From: Eledone cirrhosa
Taxonomy: Eukaryota
NCBI GenBank assembly: GCA_964016885.1
Contig: OZ024741.1
Location: 30,380,001 to 30,444,000 of the forward strand
Length of the DNA: 64,000 nucleotides
Direction: 5' to 3'
Shown here piece by piece: positions 1-13,207 of the stretch. The translations under genes were made by a program, and so were the position numbers. The notes under the pieces were generated by a model, which was not told where the DNA came from, made no database searches, and was given only the letters and a program-made list of their open reading frames with translations. Position 1 is the stretch's first letter. Each line of letters begins with the position of its first letter.

Positions 1-148
1 ATTCCGACACACATAAATGATTATAACTGATTTAGAGCACTCAACAGTTTACTGGAGTAAATATTCAATGATTTTAAATACCCAGTGAATTTCCACTCGA
101 TAAGGTATGATTTTCATGGGTACGTCTCTATTTATAAAACAAACTTAG

Positions 149-212
149 TATTTTATCTGATGAAAGTGCACCAATGTTATCTTGGTTTCCCTTGACATAT
201 ATATAATAAAAT
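149..212 (+). ncRNA. Degenerate HHR motif (PLE pLTR remnant), related to 39247-39310
   Basis: TATTTTAT-CTGATGA...GACA(for GAAA)TATATATA-ATAAAATA. The downstream ~45 bp also match 39311-39355. Confidence 0.5.
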
Positions 213-275
213 AAACATGGTTCTATAAATATAGTTTCCATTTATTTAATATCATTGTATATATATATATATGAA

Positions 276-1385
276 ATATGAAATATAAGAATCAAAGAAC
301 TGTTCAAAACATTATTGTGCTTACAGCTGTTTCCTCCAAACCGAGGTTTGGATTCTTCGGAGCAATTTATTAATGCATGGACAGTTATATGACCTCATTT
401 TCAGCCGAGAGACATACCGATACATATTCAAACATTGATACATATTCAAACATTGTGGGTCAACATTCATTACAGAATTTAGAGTGGCAGTACACACTTC
501 GAGATTACATTTATATTAAGAGGTACAATCAAAGATCAAAAATACAGGTTAAAATACAACATGAAGATAAGTGGTTATATAGTGCAAATGTTATACATGT
601 GGCACGCATGTGCGTCTTGTTTATATAGTGTGGCAGAGAGATATGTGTGGTAGAGGCACTTAGGTAGGTAAACAAGAGTGTTAGGTTGGTAGATCTGGTG
701 GAAAATTCTTTATATGATTGATATAGTCTGTGTGTGGAGAAATGTTATAAGCATTAAAAATAGTGCAAGCATTAAAAGTGTTAAAAGTATTGGAGATGCA
801 CAGCGAAGGGATGTCAAGTATTTCATGTACTTCGGCATTTTCATGGTCAGGGGAGTGTATTTTTCGATTATATGCCCCTCACATAATCCACGACAATCCG
901 ATATTGAGCGTTTGACAATCCAGTTAGAGATCGTAGTCTGGTGTTCTTTAGTTCAATACAGGAGGCTGTTACGTTTCGAGAAACGCCATTGAATACCACC
1001 CGGAAGTGTGTGTGTGACTAAGGGGAGTTAATGCATGCGGGGAGGTAACTCCGGGGTTTCTAAACCTAGCTATTAAAATGTGTCACAATATAAACCCTAA
1101 TTTCTATGGTGATGCGCATCCTCCAAGAAAATTTTTAAAGCATAAAGAGTATTAAGTTATGCTGAAGGTGATCATATTATTATGGTGGATTAACCCATCG
1201 TAAGGTGCCACAAATGGAAATTATAGATGATGAGCGAGGATTCTAAATTAATGATCTCTGTGGTTGTAGTCTACTCATAGGACCAGGCGCGGTGATTGCA
1301 GGATTGCTTCAGGACCCAATGATCTCTGGTAAGTTCTGGGTCATCGCTTGCTGCATTGGATGTCGAAAGATAATCATCCCCAGGC
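276..1385 (-). repeat. 3' pseudo-LTR of PLE
   Basis: Near-identical to 4479-5608, with a few substitutions and one 20-bp indel. Confidence 0.92.
318..364 (-). ncRNA. Minimal hammerhead ribozyme motif in pLTR (C4 core variant)
   Basis: Minus strand reads UGCU-CCGAAGA-A UCCAAACC UC GGUUUGGA G-GAAAC AGCU GUA-AGCA. Stem I is 4 bp, stem II is 8 bp and stem III is palindromic (ACAGCUGU). Confidence 0.75.
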
Positions 1386-1809
1386 CGGCCAGAGGTCAAT
1401 CCACAGTCCTCGCGACCCCTCTCAGACCGTCAGATCATCCATATATGTACAACCCGCACGGCAGTTGCAATGCATTCACTCACTGCGCTCAGCAGCCTGG
1501 TCCTACTGCTCAACAGCGTTACTAGATTAAATCATTTTTCATCTGTCTAAGGAAGGTGTTTCCTCTGCACAACACTATCCAACCGATCAATTCATGCTCA
1601 GATTACCCTTAGAGCGGTGTAGTGCCGTTCAAGTGGGTGGATGCTGTCACACCTGACGTAGAGGTATAAATGGGTATTCTCCCTGCGAAGGGTTCCAGGG
1701 GGATGTCGTTGTTTGTGTTATAATAGATCAGTTAGTGTTAGGTATGTAGTATAAGGTGTGTCTCTGGTGTTTGATGCTAGATGTGGTGTTAGGTTCCAGT
1801 CCGACATTG

Positions 1810-4271
1810 CTATATATTGGGCTTAAAGTTTTGGAAGGAATGTCTGAAGCGGTGCAGGCAAGTTGCAAACACCTCAGATTTTTTGTTAAGTAGGTTTCGG
1901 TTGGAGAAGATAATATTGTGTGTCTCTAGTATACAGAGGTTACAAAATTTATTAGGTGGTTTGTACGAGGTGGCGCTGCCTATCACTTCCCATTTGAGTG
2001 TGTATGGTTTATTTTTAGTTTTTAGATAGTCTATGTAGCTAGAAAGTGAGGTGGAGTTTGCTAGGCTGTGCTTTTTGAACGAGTGGATGTGCGAATTATA
2101 TCTGATTTTGAAGCAGTTAGAAGTGGAGCCTACATAGGTTTCTGAAGAGTTGTTAGTCGTGACGGTGCATGAGTATATGATATCCTTGGTTAGGCATTTT
2201 TTATCTAAAGGGCAGGTTCTATTAGCTCTACAGTTACAATTATCCTGTGCGTTAGTCCGCTGGTTATAATGCAGTGCGGAAGTCTGTGTGGTAGCTATAG
2301 GATTTTGGGCGTTCGGGTTGACAACCCTGGTGTTATTACTTATACTAGTGTTATTTCTATTGTTACTGCCGTTGCTATGGTTGCTTGCTACAGTGGTATT
2401 TAGAGGATTTGTATCCCGTTGTGATTTTGTTTGTTGGAAGTAAGAACTAATTTTACTATTATTGCTGCTAGCTATGTGGTATGCTAAGTTAGGCGTCGTA
2501 GAGTATGAGATTTTAATGGTGTTTTTGTTTAAGAGGTTGTGGTACTTGTGTCCTAGAGGGAAGTTTTTATCTAGTAGTGAGAAGAAAGCCCTAGGTATGT
2601 TGGTGGAGACATTTAGTTTGAAAGGAGGGTTGAAAAATGTATTATTTCTTCTTCTATTTTTGCTTTTAGTGTTTGGTGTGTTGCTTCTTCCTAAGGCCCC
2701 ACAGTAGTTTCCATGGTAATGGTTACTTCCGGTGGCACCCTCCGCTTTGGTGCACTTGTGGTTGCTATTCCTATTATTGGGTTTCCTCATGGACATGTTG
2801 TGCGAGATGATGTTGTAGCTATGTGTTTTCTTAGGTAGGAATTCAATTTCTATATTATGGCCGGAGCTAGCTAATGCTTGATTGTAATATTGTGAGTTTT
2901 TGCTAAATATGTTTGCGTCATAGGACAGACTAGAGATTCTATTGGACACCCCCTTAGAGATAGAGTTTAATATTGATCTAGGGTGATTAGACTTGGTATC
3001 TACGTAAATAAGTTTCTCGTTAGGCTTATGGAAAGGTGTATATATTTTTGAGTCTAGGTATAGTGTGGCGTCTAGGAAGTTAACATTTTTAGTGTTTTTT
3101 GTCCATCGTGATACTAAGGTTAAAGTTTTTGAATGTCTTATGCAATTGTTTTCTAGTTCTTTCTATATTAATTTTTTTATATTCTACAAGTAGAAGTGCA
3201 TTATCGCGGTACAAACCACCGTTGAGGTAAGGGAGGTCCTTATGGATTTCATTGAGAAGGTATAGGCCGACCAAATCAGTGACCTGCGCCGAGTCACTAG
3301 ATCCCATGGTTATGTCGAAGTTGTTGTGCGTATCCTTGCGTGTCCATAGTTGGTCCTCGAAGGTGATTATGGTTTTACGGGCCGCAAGGATGACATCAAC
3401 CTGGGCTCTAGTCAGGTCGCTATTGCTCATGGCCATGATAAGTGCCTTATTTAATAGGATAGGGGAAATAGAGGTGTAGTATGAATTGATATCAAATTGA
3501 ATAACATTTTTGTTCTTATTATTCTTGATATCCTTGAACCATTCAATCACTTCACCCGTATTTCCCCATTGTTTAAGGTGTATCTTGTGTTTAATTTGTG
3601 GGATGATTTTATCCAAAATCTTCTTGCTGATAATACTAATGTCGGACTTGGAAGGGCAGAATAGTCTTATCGTGGGGTTTCTGATGAAGTTCTCCTTATG
3701 GTCCTTCAGTGAGAATCTAGGGGGGGTTCGGGGTGAAAGGTTGTGTATGCCTCTGCAGTCCTAGTTTAGACACTATATTATAACCCTCTACATTAATATC
3801 TTCTAAGTTTTTCAAGGTGGTTTTTTTGTAGCTTTTATGTAGTTCATTATATATAAACTTTCTATAAGTATTATAATCTAGGCTGTATATGTTATTAGTT
3901 TTATCTACGTGTACAATAATTTTATTACTAGTTTTGAATCCATTAATAGAGGTGTTAAGTTTGTTTAAGAAGGTGTTGCTTCTAATATGGTGCTTATTGT
4001 ATTTAATGTTCTTAACTAGTTTAACTAGGTCATTTTCAAAGGAGTTAAGTAGTGTGTTATGAGGGGGGCCTTTAAAGGTTTTAAAGCCGAAGGAGTCAAC
4101 ATTGTTAGTATTATTCAAGTTGTTAGATCTGTTTCTATCATAATGGAATGTCCTCCATCTCACTCTATTGATAAATGAATTTACACTGTTGATCAGCAAT
4201 TTCTCATATGTATTCCTGGATGGTATTGGTATGTTCTTGGTTGACATGGGGAGTTGGTCTTTGATTAGCAT
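1810..4271 (-). pseudogene. PLE reverse transcriptase / GIY-YIG endonuclease ORF, disrupted
   Basis: Three ORF pieces (4271-3717, 3616-3089, 2949-1810) join by frameshifts near 3720 (G run) and 3090. RT motifs: FDINSYYTSI, FDITMGSSDSAQ, GLYRDN (YRDD mutated). EN motifs: IIYSC..YVGST..R...H. Confidence 0.9.
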
Positions 4272-4478
4272 ATTGGCAATATTATATGTCAGCTCAACGA
4301 TATGGAGCAGTTAATAGTATTAGTTATACCATTTATGGTTATGTAAATACAAAACATTATGCAGCTATAAGTATTTTACACACACCCTAAATAGTGGTAG
4401 GCAGTAATGTATTACTACCTTATTACCTGTAAGTTAAGTAGCTCAATGTAAAAACATCAGATGATTTACAGAGCAGTT

Positions 4479-5608
4479 ATATGAAATATAAGAATCAAAG
4501 AACTGTTCAAAACATTATTGTGCTTACAGCTGTTTCCTCCAAACCGAGGTTTGGATTCTTCGGAGCAATTTATTAATGCATGGACAGTTATATGACCTCC
4601 TTTTCAGCCGAGAGACATACCGATACATATTCAAACATTGATACATATTCAAACATTGTGGGTCAACATTCATTACAGAATTTAGAGTGGCAGTACATAC
4701 TTCGAGATTACATTTATATTAAGAGGTACAATCAAAGATCAAAAATACAGGTTAAAATACAACATGAAGATAAGTGGTTATATAGTGCAAATGTTATACG
4801 TGTGGCACGCATGTGCGTCTTGTTTATATAGTGTGGCAGAGAGATATGTGTGGTAGAGGCACTTAGGTAGGTAAACAAGAGTGTTAGGTTGGTAGATCTG
4901 GTGGAAAATTCTTTATATGATTGATATAGTCTGTGTGTGGAAAAATGTTATAAGCATTAAAAATAGTGCAAGCATTAAAAGTGTTAAAAGTATTGGAGAT
5001 GCACAGCGAAGGGATGTCAAGTATTTCATGTACTTCGGCATTTTCATGGTCAGGGGAGTGTATTTTTCGATTATATGCCCCTCACATAATCCACGACAAT
5101 CCGATATTGAGCGTTTGATAATCCAGTTAGAGATCGTAGTCTGGTGTTCTTTAGTTCAATACAGGAGGCTGTTACGTTTCGAGAAACGCCATTGAATACC
5201 ACCCGGAAGTGTGTGTGTGGCTAAGGGGAGTTAATGCATGCGGGGAGGTAACTCCGGGGTTTCTAAACCTAGCTATTAAAATGTGTCACAATATAGACCT
5301 TAATTTCTATGGTGATGCGCATCCTCCAAGAAAATTTTTAAAGCATAAAGTGTATTAACTATAGAGTAGTTTAATTAAGTTATGCTGCAGGTGCTCATAT
5401 TATTATGGTGGATTAACCCATCGTAAGGTGCCACAAATGGAAATTATAGATGATGAGCGAGGATTCTAAATTAATGATCTCTGTGGTTGTAGTCTACTCA
5501 TAGGACCAGGCGCGGTGATTGCAGGATTGCTTCAGGACCCAATGATCTCTGGTAAGTTCTGGGTCATCGCTTGCTACATTGGATGTCGAAAGATAATCAT
5601 CCCCAGGC
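4479..5608 (-). repeat. 5' pseudo-LTR of PLE
   Basis: Near-identical to 276-1385 and ends directly in (TA)n at 5609. Confidence 0.92.
4521..4567 (-). ncRNA. Minimal hammerhead ribozyme motif, second pLTR copy
   Basis: Identical to 318-364. Confidence 0.75.
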
Positions 5609-5609
5609 G

Positions 5610-5685
<76 letters not shown>

Positions 5686-5695
<10 letters not shown>

Positions 5696-6516
5696 ACGTA
5701 CATACATATATGTATACAGACGTACAGTAGTATGTATATATATATACATACATGCACACATATATATATGTACATATGGATTCACCGAAAGTTTATTATA
5801 ATGCTCGATGTGTTTGTAAACAAACATCCCGAATTAAGCTGTGCAGCGTTTAGCAACCATCGTTGCCCTTTTGTTCAACACTGACAAAGGAACGATGTAC
5901 TAGTTTCAAGCTTATTAGCTATCATCAGCAACGTATACCTTCCTGCCAGATAGTTGAACGTCTGAAAGTATATACTTTCCTTATGCATATTAACGGCTGA
6001 GCATAAGGAAAGTATATACCAACCATCTGGCAGGAAGGTATACGTTGCTGACGATAGCTAACAACTTGAAACTAGTACAGTGTTCCTTTGTCAGTGTTGA
6101 ACAAAAGAACAAGGATGGTTGCTAGACACTGTACGGCTTAATTCAGGATGTTTGTTGACAAACACACCGAGCATTATAATAAATGTTCGGTGAATCCATA
6201 CGTACATATATATATATATGTGTGCATGTATGTATATATATATACATACTACTGTACGTCTGTATACATATATGTATGTACGTATACATACTTATATTTA
6301 AGTAACAGCCGTACTAAGAGTGAGAAATTAAATTTCGTTTCATTTTTTCCGTTTATCGTGTTCGGTACCCCGGCCGATTAACTCACTCGATATGCAAATT
6401 AGGCTGCTCAGCCGTTAATATGCATAAGAAAAGTATATACTTTCAGACGTTCAACCATCTGGCAGGAAGGTATACGTAGCTGACGATATCTAATAAGCTT
6501 GAAACTAGTACATTGA
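5686..6516. mobile_element. Family R430: fold-back multimer of a ~430-bp non-coding HHR repeat (retrozyme-like)
   Basis: Inverted arm 5686-6002, then a direct arm with period ~432 (AACCATCTGG at 6021 and 6453). HHR motifs at 5892-5934(-), 6042-6083(+) and 6474-6516(+). Confidence 0.8.
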
Positions 6517-6612
6517 ACCTAGTACATTGAGGCTTGTTTGCATAATTGCAAACGAATCGAATGTTACTATTAATATTCGAAAAACTCAGATTACATTTAT
6601 TATATGTATATA

Positions 6613-6647
<35 letters not shown>

Positions 6648-6650
<3 letters not shown>

Positions 6651-6810
6651 AACGAGTAGGACCCCGACGGCTGAGCTCAAGCCGTTTCGACCAGCTTGAG
6701 CTCAGCAGTCGGGGTCCTACTCGTTCCTATTACCCACTCTACTACCATAAGTATTGAGTACTTTGGTGCGTTATGGTCCACCTGGTCCCTTACCACATTT
6801 CCTTCGTTAT
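6648..6810. repeat. Hairpin plus tail mini-element derived from a PLE pLTR end
   Basis: ~36-bp inverted repeat at 6648-6730. The tail matches 53257-53395 and 39875-39995, the latter lying just upstream of a PLE ORF start. Confidence 0.65.
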
Positions 6811-6824
6811 ATATATATATATAA

Positions 6825-6991
6825 AGAAAAAGGGATGAAATCGAAAATGCAACTGAAGTCTTATTTTTTTTTTAAATATATATATTTATTTGGTTCCTTT
6901 ACCCGTTTCGCAGTTCTTCTGCTTTTCAAAAGGAAAAAAAAAAAATAAAAAAAAAAAAATAAGACTTCAGTTGCATTTTCGATTTCATCCC

Positions 6992-6996
<5 letters not shown>
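6825..6996. repeat. Fold-back mini-element with an internal HHR (U3-A8 core)
   Basis: Arms AAAAAGGGATGAAATCGAAAATGCAACTGAAGTCTTAT and its reverse complement. A related hairpin lies at 53471-53562. Confidence 0.7.
6894..6935 (-). ncRNA. Minimal HHR motif with U3-A8 core
   Basis: UUCCUU-UUGAAAA-GCAG AAGAA CUGC-GAAAC GG GUA-AAGGAA. Stem I is 6 bp and stem II is 4 bp closed by G-C. Confidence 0.65.
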
Positions 6997-7058
<62 letters not shown>

Positions 7059-7168
7059 ATATATATATATATATTTATATATGTATATACATATAAATGT
7101 GTGTGTGTGTGGGTGTGTGTGTGTTTGTATATACATATATATATATATATACATGTATATATATATAA

Positions 7169-7244
<76 letters not shown>

Positions 7245-7247
<3 letters not shown>

Positions 7248-7390
7248 TATGTAAGTATGTATGTATACGTACATACATATATGTATACAGACGTACAGTA
7301 GCAGGCCGCTCAGTTTGTTTACAAACGAACAAAGCGGGGTTATAATAAGCGTCCGCTAAACTGATGCATGCATATATGTATGTTTACCTG

Positions 7391-7458
<68 letters not shown>

Positions 7459-7565
7459 TGCTACTGTACGTCTGTATACATATATGTATGTACGTATACA
7501 TACATACTTACATTTAAGTAAGTGCCATACTAGGAGTGAGAAATGAAATTTCGTTTTCATTTTAT
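7245..7565. repeat. Internally deleted R430 fold-back
   Basis: Same terminal sequences as the other R430 loci, with the HHR region missing. Confidence 0.65.
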
Positions 7566-7572
7566 TTCAACT

Positions 7573-7604
<32 letters not shown>

Positions 7605-8767
7605 GTCCCAGGTGTAGAAGTACTATTAAATTGTCGTACACGTTCTTGGGAATTGTGCCAATATGACATGTTACATGTTTATGGTTTGTGGTTTAGGCGG
7701 TATTCGAATCTGTTGATGTAGCAATGGTGGCTTAGCGTTGAGGTAAGTGAAATAGTTTTAAAGATCAATGCAAAGTAAGTGCTGAATTTTACTCAACCGC
7801 TGTTGTAGATTGGACCTCCTTCAAGAACACGGCAGTAATTAACTTTAAACGTGGCCTTTGTCGGAAGTTTCCACTCAGTTTAGATATTCTCTTCCCCTTC
7901 TGACTTTAACTTTTACTTAATTTGCATCGTACATCGTCGCCTCTCACTCCCCCTTTCCTCTCTTTCCGTTTCATTCTTTTTATCGCTCGTTTTTCTCTCT
8001 CTCTTCCTTTCTTATACTCTCTCACGTTCTCCCCAATCATACTTTGTGCAGCTTCCTTTCTTTGGTTTTCTGAATGAGTAGTTTAATAATGTAACCGTTG
8101 ATTTACGTATTACGGTTAGAATAATGGATGTGGTTAATGAAAATGTTGTTGGATAACAGAACACTTCAGTTGTGTACATCGAGAGGGAGGGGACGTATGT
8201 GCAGGAGTAGTATGGGGTAAATCTCGGCGATGATAGCAAACATAGTGGTTGATTAAACCTTTCTTGATACGACTGATCATCAAATTAAAATTTCCTACAT
8301 CATCCCATCAATTTATCTCCTCTCACTTCCTGTCCGTCTTCCTGTCAATATATCCTGCCTTCTCTTAATATATACATACACACATGCACACACACATGCG
8401 CACACATTCACAGACACACTGATATATAGATGTATATATATGGCATAAGAAGAGAAGAATGCCTTGTGTTAAGTCGTTACGTTACTGTCCACGACTCGTT
8501 CACTAGAAGTTTGATTGATATCTGCTTATACCTTTCTAATGAAGTGTTTCATGCCTCATTAAAGATATCAGTGCGCGATAAGAAATAATAGTCGAGTAGA
8601 CAGCATTTATGAAGTAACTGGACTCCTAGTTACTGGTTTCGTGATTACCGTATTCCTTGCAGGAGATTTGTTAAAGTAGTATACTTGGTCAAGTCGCTTA
8701 ATTCTAGTTGCAAGTAGCTTTCCAGCGCCATTAAGAAAGTATTATTACTGTCTTTACTGGATAATAA

Positions 8768-8895
8768 ATTAGCACAGTATTTAGAGCGTCGTATGAAACG
8801 CTATGCCGTATTTGTTCCGGCTCTTTACCAGCTAAGTTCAATTTACACCAAGATCAAATCTGCTTTCCATTTTTTCGGGTTCGTCAAATTATAAT
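8768..8895 (+). mobile_element. Degenerate SINE A
   Basis: Weak match to the head and body of 9740-9935. Confidence 0.4.
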
Positions 8896-9739
8896 ACACC
8901 GCATGCAATTCATGACGTCCAATCTGGCTTGAGCACAGTAGCAGAGAATCGTCTCATTATCAATGCATTTCGGTCACAACATGTATAAACACAGTGCGAG
9001 GGACTGTTTCGCACACTTTCATTTAGGTGCTTACAGCCATCGAGGGCAACCTCGACCAAATATCCATCTGACGCCTTTTAATCGATACATATCTTCTTCT
9101 TAATTTCTGATCTACTGGCTCAATCAGAATTTATTTCACTAAATCGTAATAGAATGCCTTACTGTATTGTTATAAATGTTTAGGTTCTACGTTCAATTTC
9201 CATCAAGGCAAAATTTGTTTTATATAGTTTTGGTGTTGATAAAATAGAATCTGGCCTTGAAGTATTAGTATTGACAGAAAGTTCTCGTAATTGTAAAAAT
9301 ATTTATTGAATTTGGCGTTTTTTAACGTTAAGGAAATTTTACCAATCAAAATAATCGCCATCATTTGCGACTACAGTCTGCCAACCTTTAGGAAGGCACA
9401 TGATTCCATCTCTGTAGAATTATTCTGGCTTCCATTCAAAGAATTCCGTCATCCACTGATTTAATTGATCTTTATAATGTAGGCGGCAGGTCGGATGCCA
9501 ACTCTTATATATGTTCACATGCACAACCTTAAACATTTCTAGAAAGCTCTACCAAAATACTTCCTTTTCAAAAACAGCGGGAACTTCTCTCAGTCCAGTT
9601 ACTGTCACTATTGCAATCGTATTGTTTCAATATTATTACTCTCCGCTGTGTACCAAATTGCATCCTAAAAAAGAATGCTTCATTTATCACTTTTTTGTTC
9701 TTTTCCCCTGAGCTAGATATTTTAACATTATAAGCTGTA

Positions 9740-9935
9740 AAGGGCGGTGGATTGGCAGTATCGGTAGAGGGTCGGACGCCATGATTTGACGCATAGAGTT
9801 ACGGCGATTTCCATTCTGAGTTCAAATCCCGCCGAGGTTAACTTTGCCTTTCATCCTTACGGAGTCGATAAAATAAAATACCAGTAATGCACTGGGTATT
9901 TGCTGGCGTTGTGCCAAAAGTAGAAACAATTATTA
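9740..9935 (+). mobile_element. tRNA-derived SINE, family A
   Basis: A box TGGCAGTATCGG, B box GAGTTCAAATCC, body TTTGCCTTTCATCC..GTCGATAAAATAAA. At least 5 good copies occur in the window. Confidence 0.85.
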
Positions 9936-10900
9936 GCTGTAAAGACAGAATACATGTGCATTGCATATGACTACTCAAACTTTGGTATGGCGTGTTCTTG
10001 TAAAACCGGGGGTAGTTGTAGTGGTCCGGTTATGAAATACCGCATTCTAGAGAACCTTTAAAACCTGGCGGAATCCATGTCCTCTCCAGGTGTGAATACA
10101 GTAGATTACCTCTATAGAAGGATTGAGAGAGAAAGGAGAGAAGTGGGAAAGAGATATAGAGAAAGAGTCGACCACAGGTCTAGACTGTTATACTTTTATA
10201 GACCTCGAAAGGATGAAAGACGAATTTGACCTCCACTGGATTTCAAATCAGAGTCGACAGAAATGAAAGGTATACGCAACTTATTCTATCCAATGTTCTA
10301 CGGACTATGTCAATGTGGCACCTTTACTGTCCCCCATATTCCCATTCTTCTCTATTTTAAATGGCGTGCTAAACATTCCCTAATTGGAGAGGTAGAGGGA
10401 CGGAGAAATTAATTTCAGTTGGTCATTCCAACTCTTTTGATCTAAGTTCAAATCTCACCTTGGACAAATGTTCACTTCATTATACAGTAAATAATAATTA
10501 CTTCTCTAAAGCCACAGAAAAAAACGTAACAATTAGAAGATCCAACTGTATACCCTACAAAACCTGTTTCAGCGTTTAACATTCTGAAGTCAAATATAGT
10601 TGTGGCCTTAGAGGGAAGACTTAATACACCGTAGGGTTTAGTGCCACCAGTTTACCCTATGGGGCTTTTAGGGATGTCTATGTTGTTGAAGACCATTGAG
10701 AACAGGCCTCCCGTTTCAGAATAACTTCTACCTTAATTGCTACCAATAAAAAAGTTACTCAATAGAGTAAAGATGGTTTATGATTTGGTATATATAACTC
10801 TCGCTCAATCTGCCTCAATATATTTCAGTATACACACACATGCACAAATATAATATATATATGTGTGCGTGCGTGTGTATGTATGTACACTCACACACAC

Positions 10901-10971
<71 letters not shown>

Positions 10972-11000
10972 TGCATATATATATACATATATGCATATTT

Positions 11001-11147
<147 letters not shown>

Positions 11148-11479
11148 AGATAAAAAATGGAAGAAAAAGACCTTTTGGTGTGATTCTCTTTTATTAGAAA
11201 AAATATACCTGACTCACAAATACTTAAAATCTTACGGCAGTCACTCCATTGTATGTTGGGTTAGTCGTGACGAAGCTTTACTCAATTTTCTTCATTCTTA
11301 TGTAATGATGGTGCTTTTATACAATTTTCTTTGTGTTTTGTTTGCAAACAACACAGATTGCATTTTGATCGTTTCGCACAATAGTTTATTGATGTGGCTG
11401 TCTATTATGTTTGTAGACCAATTGTACATTTACTGAAGGCTTTTGCCTTTATGTTCTTGCATTTGGCATTGGTTTCAGC

Positions 11480-12260
11480 TTCTCCATCATACAGAAGTTT
11501 GCCAATTTAATAAAATCCGCTTATGTTTTTGACAGATTCTTCTTTAACCATCAAGCTAGTGTTTGGCCGAACTATATGAACTTAGTCTTCTCCGAGTTCA
11601 TTGTAAGTTTTATTCAAATTTACAGTGAAGTAATGATGTTATCTTTAATCGACCTTTCTTCGTACTTTGGCAGTTAATATATCACCATCAACAAAGTCGA
11701 AGTAGGCCAAATTCATGTTTAATAGAAAAAAGGAAATTACTAGTTGATGTCAAAGTATCTAATATTTTCATCTTCACACACCATATGGATTTACGATAGA
11801 TGCATCGAAAAATTAATGTGTAGTACTTCGAGTTCCCGGACACATTTACAATACTCCTTATAGCTTTGGCTGAAGGTTAAATAATGCTATTTTTTAAATT
11901 CTATATATTACATTCTGGGAGCTAGCTTGTTTAATAGACGTCATATGCGGATGACATAATTTCAGAATGATGGTTGGTGCAATAAGCAATCTGAATAAGT
12001 GATAACTGATGAGAAGATGCGCTGACAGTGTTTTGGTTACATGTATATGTATAATTATATGAGCCCCATTGTAATAAATATATAGTATCCGAACATCATT
12101 AAAAAAAAAAATGATCATAGCTGGACTGAGTAGAGTTAAGAGAATTATTTTGGTTTCACTATTTTGACGAGATTGATCTTGTGTTGAACCTCAGCTCTCA
12201 ACTTGCATATTTCCTCTCTAGTAGGAGCAGTTTATTGTCGTTTACTTCGTATCGATTCTC
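11480..12260 (-). pseudogene. Highly decayed non-LTR RT remnant (RTE-like)
   Basis: Scattered motifs resembling LDFADD (FDFVDG) and ITLLS..A.KIF (LTLLSPAMIIF), with many stops. Confidence 0.3.
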
Positions 12261-12611
12261 TATAAGTCTGTGGCCAATCTTGTATTTCAAATATTATTGG
12301 TATGTATTTGAAAAAGCTAGTATACAGAAAAATCAGTAAAAAAAGCGAAACAACTAAATCTAATCTCTGTCTTAATAATAAGATGTAGACACGTGAAACA
12401 CTCGTTTCTAATCATCCTTCTACAGATGTAATACAGATCAACGGAACACTATTCGGGCATTCAACTTTTTATAAATATCAGTGAAATTGTCCTCACCCGA
12501 CACGCAAATTATTAAAAATGAAATGACATGTTGAATAATTTAATTCTAGATGTGTGATAGCTGAATAAAAGACCGCATTGGCGTAGAATGTATACACTTT
12601 ATTAGAAGTCT

Positions 12612-12860
12612 TCACCATCGCGGCTGACCTGGCGATTACCTACAGCAACGATGGAATTAATGACGGCGAAAACAACAGCAAAGTCAACAACAAAAAGGAC
12701 ATTTTTAGCGATAGTAAACTTTTGCGCGGGGTGCAGCTAAAACAAAACCGCGCCCTGGGCCCAGACACCCTCACTCTCACCCCTCCCTTATTTACCTCTC
12801 ATTTATGGCATTTATACTTCTTTCCTCTACTTTCTCATACAGTGAGACGTGCCATTCTTT
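12612..12860 (+). mobile_element. CRE-like LINE 3' remnant
   Basis: RLTWRLP/LAITYSN-like peptide. Shares the 3' UTR motif CTCTCATTTATGGCATTTATA with 20470-20490. Confidence 0.45.
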
Positions 12861-13093
12861 AACCCTTCCCCCTTTTCTCAATTATGTAATCATCAATGGT
12901 TTTAATCCAACTTTGAGAATATATTCGTAAGTTTAAAGCAAAAGTAATTATCTCTTTTGTGAATAAAACATCTGAACATTTGACAAGTATAACACTAAAT
13001 ATAATTTGAAGATGACTGTGAGAGTGAAGAGAAATAGATGAAACTAAATGCATATTCTTTCATATATATATATATATATATCTATATATATAT

Positions 13094-13207
<114 letters not shown>

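Larger units (their letters stand above)
276..5608 (-). mobile_element. Penelope-like retroelement (PLE), near full length, Hydra-clade-like; pLTR-ORF-pLTR in (TA)n
   Basis: Direct repeats 276-1385 and 4479-5608 (offset 4203) flank a minus-strand RT + GIY-YIG ORF. (TA)n lies on both sides. The DKT motif, CxCx5Cx5C linker (CNCRANRTCPLDKKC) and KSE..CxH C-terminus match what I recall for Hydra-clade PLEs. Confidence 0.93.

Noticed and set aside
377-992. Duplicated 83-aa and 92-aa ORFs (also at 4580-5195)
   Set aside because: They are antisense to the PLE, lie inside the pLTRs, show no recognisable domain and are duplicated only because the pLTR is.
5515-7546. Many [12 protein letters not shown] ORFs here and throughout the window (e.g. 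18081-18818, 46841-48179)
   Set aside because: These are translations of (TA)n, (TG)n and (TATG)n microsatellites.
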